Origin: an uncultured Thermotogae bacterium
Lineage (GTDB): Bacteria > Bipolaricaulota > Bipolaricaulia > UBA7950 > UBA9294
Length of the DNA: 35,045 nt
Assembly (NCBI GenBank): GCA_964416685.1
Contig: CAYQFN010000001.1
Span: forward strand, 1 to 35,045
Direction: 5' to 3'
Position numbers and translations under genes: made by a program. A model generated the notes under the pieces. That model made no database searches and was not told the DNA's origin. It saw nothing but the letters and a program-made list of their open reading frames with translations. Below are positions 32,714 to 35,045 of this stretch, piece after piece (position 1 is the stretch's first letter; every line of letters begins with the position of its first letter).

Positions 32714-32749
32714 ATTCGTGCGATTTGTACTATTCGCGCGATTCGTGAT
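32714..32749 (+). repeat. Array 3 of phased 9-bp ATTCGYG units
   Basis: ATTCGTGCG ATTTGTACT ATTCGCGCG ATTCGTGAT, starting at 32714, 32723, 32732 and 32741. Confidence 0.7.
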
Positions 32750-32907
32750 ATTCAGCTGTCAGCCACTCCGGTATCGCCGGGTAGAGAGGAGGCGCGCATT
32801 GTTTAGGGCGTTGACTTCTCCCCGCATTCGTCTTGGGGGGATCAATGCCTGGTTGCCCACTCACAACGATAGGGCACAATATGAACCGGTGCCGATTCCC
32901 GGCTATA

Positions 32908-33768
32908 ATGACCACACCGATGAAATTACTTATCTATTCTAAAGCCCTTTATTCGAGCTGGGTCTACTACAGCGCCGATCGCATCCTATTTGACGCCGGC
33001 GAGGGAGCAAGCTCAATCCTTGGCAACAAGGCGTTTGCCATCAAGCGGGTGTTCCTTTCTCACGGTCATGCTGACCACATCGCTGGCCTCGTCTCGCTTG
33101 TCAATATTCGCAACAACGCGATGGGGGATAAGGAGAAGGAGCTCATCATTTACTACCCCAAGGGAAACTACCTTATCTCCGAGATGATTAATTTCATCTC
33201 TCGCACGAACAAGCGGTTGAACTACGCCCTGGAATGGGTCCCGCTGGAAGCGGGAGACCGCATCGAGCTGCTCGGCGGGCAGCTTCCGCGTTACATCGAG
33301 ACCTTTCCTACCGTGCACACGTACAGCGAGACATCCCTTGGGTACAACATTGTCGAGGTTCGTCACCGCTTGAAGACTGAACTTGCCGGCGCATCGCAGG
33401 CGGTGATCATCAGGCTGGTCAGAGAGAAAGGGAGGGAAGCGGTGAGTGAGACCTACCACCAGCGGCTCTTCTCCTACGGGGGGGATTCGGTCCCGATCAA
33501 ACCGGCCTATATCGAGGGGACGGAGGTCCTCTGCCACGATACGACCTTCCTCAACGAGGAGGACCGCAAGGAATACAAGCACGCTACCCTCGCCGAAGCG
33601 ATCGACGTAGCGCGCAAGGCAGGCGTCAAGAAGGAGCTGATCTGCCTGCACATTTCCACTCGCTACAAGGCCAAGGTGAAGGAAATCGCCGCAGCTAGCG
33701 GTCGCTACGACGGTCTCGATTTCAAGGTTACGTTCGTCCCGCCCGGGCGTGTGTTCACTGTAGAGTGA
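32908..33768 (+). CDS. MBL-fold metallo-hydrolase (RNase Z/ElaC-like size and layout)
   Basis: HGHADHIAGL (HxHxDH) follows ILFDAGEG, with later His/Asp ligand candidates (TVHTY, CHDTTF). The start is uncertain: ATG 32908 or 32920 is preferred over the TTG at 32833, and no strong RBS is present. Confidence 0.7.
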   Translation: MTTPMKLLIYSKALYSSWVYYSADRILFDAGEGASSILGNKAFAIKRVFLSHGHADHIAGLVSLVNIRNNAMGDKEKELIIYYPKGNYLISEMINFISRTNKRLNYALEWVPLEAGDRIELLGGQLPRYIETFPTVHTYSETSLGYNIVEVRHRLKTELAGASQAVIIRLVREKGREAVSETYHQRLFSYGGDSVPIKPAYIEGTEVLCHDTTFLNEEDRKEYKHATLAEAIDVARKAGVKKELICLHISTRYKAKVKEIAAASGRYDGLDFKVTFVPPGRVFTVE

Positions 33769-33769
33769 A

Positions 33770-34921
33770 GTGGCCAGAGTGCGGTTCCATTCTTTCTTGG
33801 TGCGGCTGAAACCTCGCACGGCCACGCAGGTTGCGTTTTATATTACTCTTCTGTTGTTGTTAATTCTTCTTGCCACTCATCTCCTGTCGGCGAGAGAACT
33901 TCCCGCAACGATCGACTGGCGTCTGCTCGTTCTTTTGGGATCGTTCATGCTCATCTCCGAGGGATTGAAGCTAACAGGTTTCATGGATTGGATTGCCGCG
34001 AGAATGGCCGGTGCCGGTCACAGCTTGAGCAAGCTACACTTGCTACTGTTGATGGGGGCGTTCATCCTGGCGATGCTCATCACCAATGATGCCGCCCTGT
34101 TTGCGGTCATCCCATTCACCATTGCTCTTGCCCAGCGCGTGAAACTAGACCTTCGCCGTATAGTAATCTACGAGATCATCGCGGTAAACCTAGGAAGCGC
34201 ATTAACGCCATGGGGAAACCCGCAAAACCTGTTCATTTACCACTACTACCACCTCTCTCCTGGTGCGTTCTTTCATCAGAGTTATCCCTTCGTACTCATC
34301 AGCCTTGCCACACTTTTACTGCTTTCATTCTTGACGCTTGGCCCTGGCAAGAGAAGAGGGCTTGACAGCACGACAGGGGAGAACGGTGAACCGCTGGTCT
34401 TCTGGGATAAGACGGCGATTCTGCTGAGCGTCTTCGTATTGCTGGTCCTCAGCGTCCTGCATATTGTCCCCGTATCCATCTCAGCCGGACTCCTCGTTCT
34501 CTACATGGGAATCGCACTGCGGAGCGGTCTATGTCGGCTCGACTGGTGGCTGTTGGGGACCTTTCTCCTTCTCTTCCCCACAATGAGCTGGTTGGGGAGC
34601 GCGCTCACGCGTGCGCTTGGAGGTTATCTTGGTGGCCCACTCGCTGTGTACGGGGCAGGGATCGGGATCTCTCAGCTGATCAGCAACGTTCCCGCTGTGA
34701 TGCTCCTCTCTCACGTCACGGAGGATTGGCGCAGCCTGTTCTACGGGGTGAACCTCGGCGGCCTGGGGACGGTGGTGGCCTCGTTTGCTAACCTGATCGG
34801 CATGAGCCTTTACCTGAAGGGGGTAAAAGACGACTGGAAGGGCTTTCTATTTGAGGCGCTCATCTGGAACGTGCTTCTGTTGATAATCCTAGGCGGAATC
34901 TTCGTGCTGATTATTGGTTGA
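33770..34921 (+). CDS. ArsB/NhaD-superfamily anion permease (CitMHS/SLC13-like)
   Basis: 383-aa polytopic protein. ITNDAALFAVIPFTIALA, LGSALTPWGNPQNLFIY and SNVPAVMLL are hairpin-loop motifs typical of this superfamily. GTG start 2 nt after the upstream stop. Confidence 0.75.
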   Translation: MARVRFHSFLVRLKPRTATQVAFYITLLLLLILLATHLLSARELPATIDWRLLVLLGSFMLISEGLKLTGFMDWIAARMAGAGHSLSKLHLLLLMGAFILAMLITNDAALFAVIPFTIALAQRVKLDLRRIVIYEIIAVNLGSALTPWGNPQNLFIYHYYHLSPGAFFHQSYPFVLISLATLLLLSFLTLGPGKRRGLDSTTGENGEPLVFWDKTAILLSVFVLLVLSVLHIVPVSISAGLLVLYMGIALRSGLCRLDWWLLGTFLLLFPTMSWLGSALTRALGGYLGGPLAVYGAGIGISQLISNVPAVMLLSHVTEDWRSLFYGVNLGGLGTVVASFANLIGMSLYLKGVKDDWKGFLFEALIWNVLLLIILGGIFVLIIG

Positions 34922-35045
34922 TAGTTGGCTGCATAACTAGCGGATCATTAGTGGCAAAACACTATAGTTGTTATCCACGAAGAATTTAGCCTTGAAATTT
35001 AACTATCGTGAGCGTACACTATAAGTCGGTGATTGGTATGAGAGA

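Noticed and set aside
34971-34979. TTATCCACG is a near-consensus DnaA box. A TTATCCG lies at ~32477, and AT-rich tracts lie near the repeat arrays.
   Set aside because: These are single isolated matches with no cluster of boxes. There is no dnaA/dnaN context and no DUE-like 13-mers. This is insufficient to propose an origin.
1-35045. I scanned for tRNA, rRNA, tmRNA, RNase P and SRP RNA signatures (GGTTCGAATCC-type T-loops, GGAGGAAAGTCCGGGC, tag-ORF features).
   Set aside because: I found none by eye. A covariance-model scan is still needed to exclude small RNAs, especially in 5777-6716, 20880-21380 and 32343-32907.

Overview
This is a gene-dense 35-kb bacterial chromosomal segment dominated by uptake systems. 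All calls rest on motif recognition by eye in the supplied translations and on hand-checked coordinates; no searches were run.

Contents from left to right:
- A frame-disrupted NitT/TauT-type ABC ATPase at the window edge (1-462, minus).
- A CUT1-type sugar ABC cluster ordered permease, binding protein, permease (663-3840, plus).
- hflK-hflC (3903-5776, plus).
- A ~940-nt repeat-rich gap with no convincing gene.
- A secreted 264-aa protein followed by a 1685-aa mosaic subtilisin-like (S8) protease (6717-12578, plus).
- A decayed IS4/IS1634-like transposase remnant split by a 38-nt palindromic element (12693-13095).
- pckA (13412-15055, plus).
- A five-gene minus-strand ECF transporter operon (15359-20771).
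- phnD-phnC-phnE-phnE, with RDD-like domains fused to both permeases (21695-26060, minus).
- A BMP-family (nucleoside-type) ABC operon (26207-31091, minus).
- An MscS-family channel, an MBL-fold hydrolase and an ArsB/NhaD-superfamily permease (31251-34921, plus).
- I saw no rRNA, tRNA or CRISPR array.

The best candidate for an undescribed system is the ECF operon. It is YkoEDC-like, but its S-like subunit is fused to an extracytoplasmic SUOX/YedY-fold (molybdopterin-oxidoreductase-like) domain. Two further proteins built from the same domain flank it, giving five copies in the locus.

Other notable points:
- A family of dyad-symmetric arrays of phased 8-bp ATTG units at three intergenic sites.
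- Three arrays of 9-bp ATTCGYG units near 32.4-32.7 kb.
- A ~40-nt palindromic REP/MITE-like element.
- A stand-alone prodomain-like protein upstream of the giant protease.
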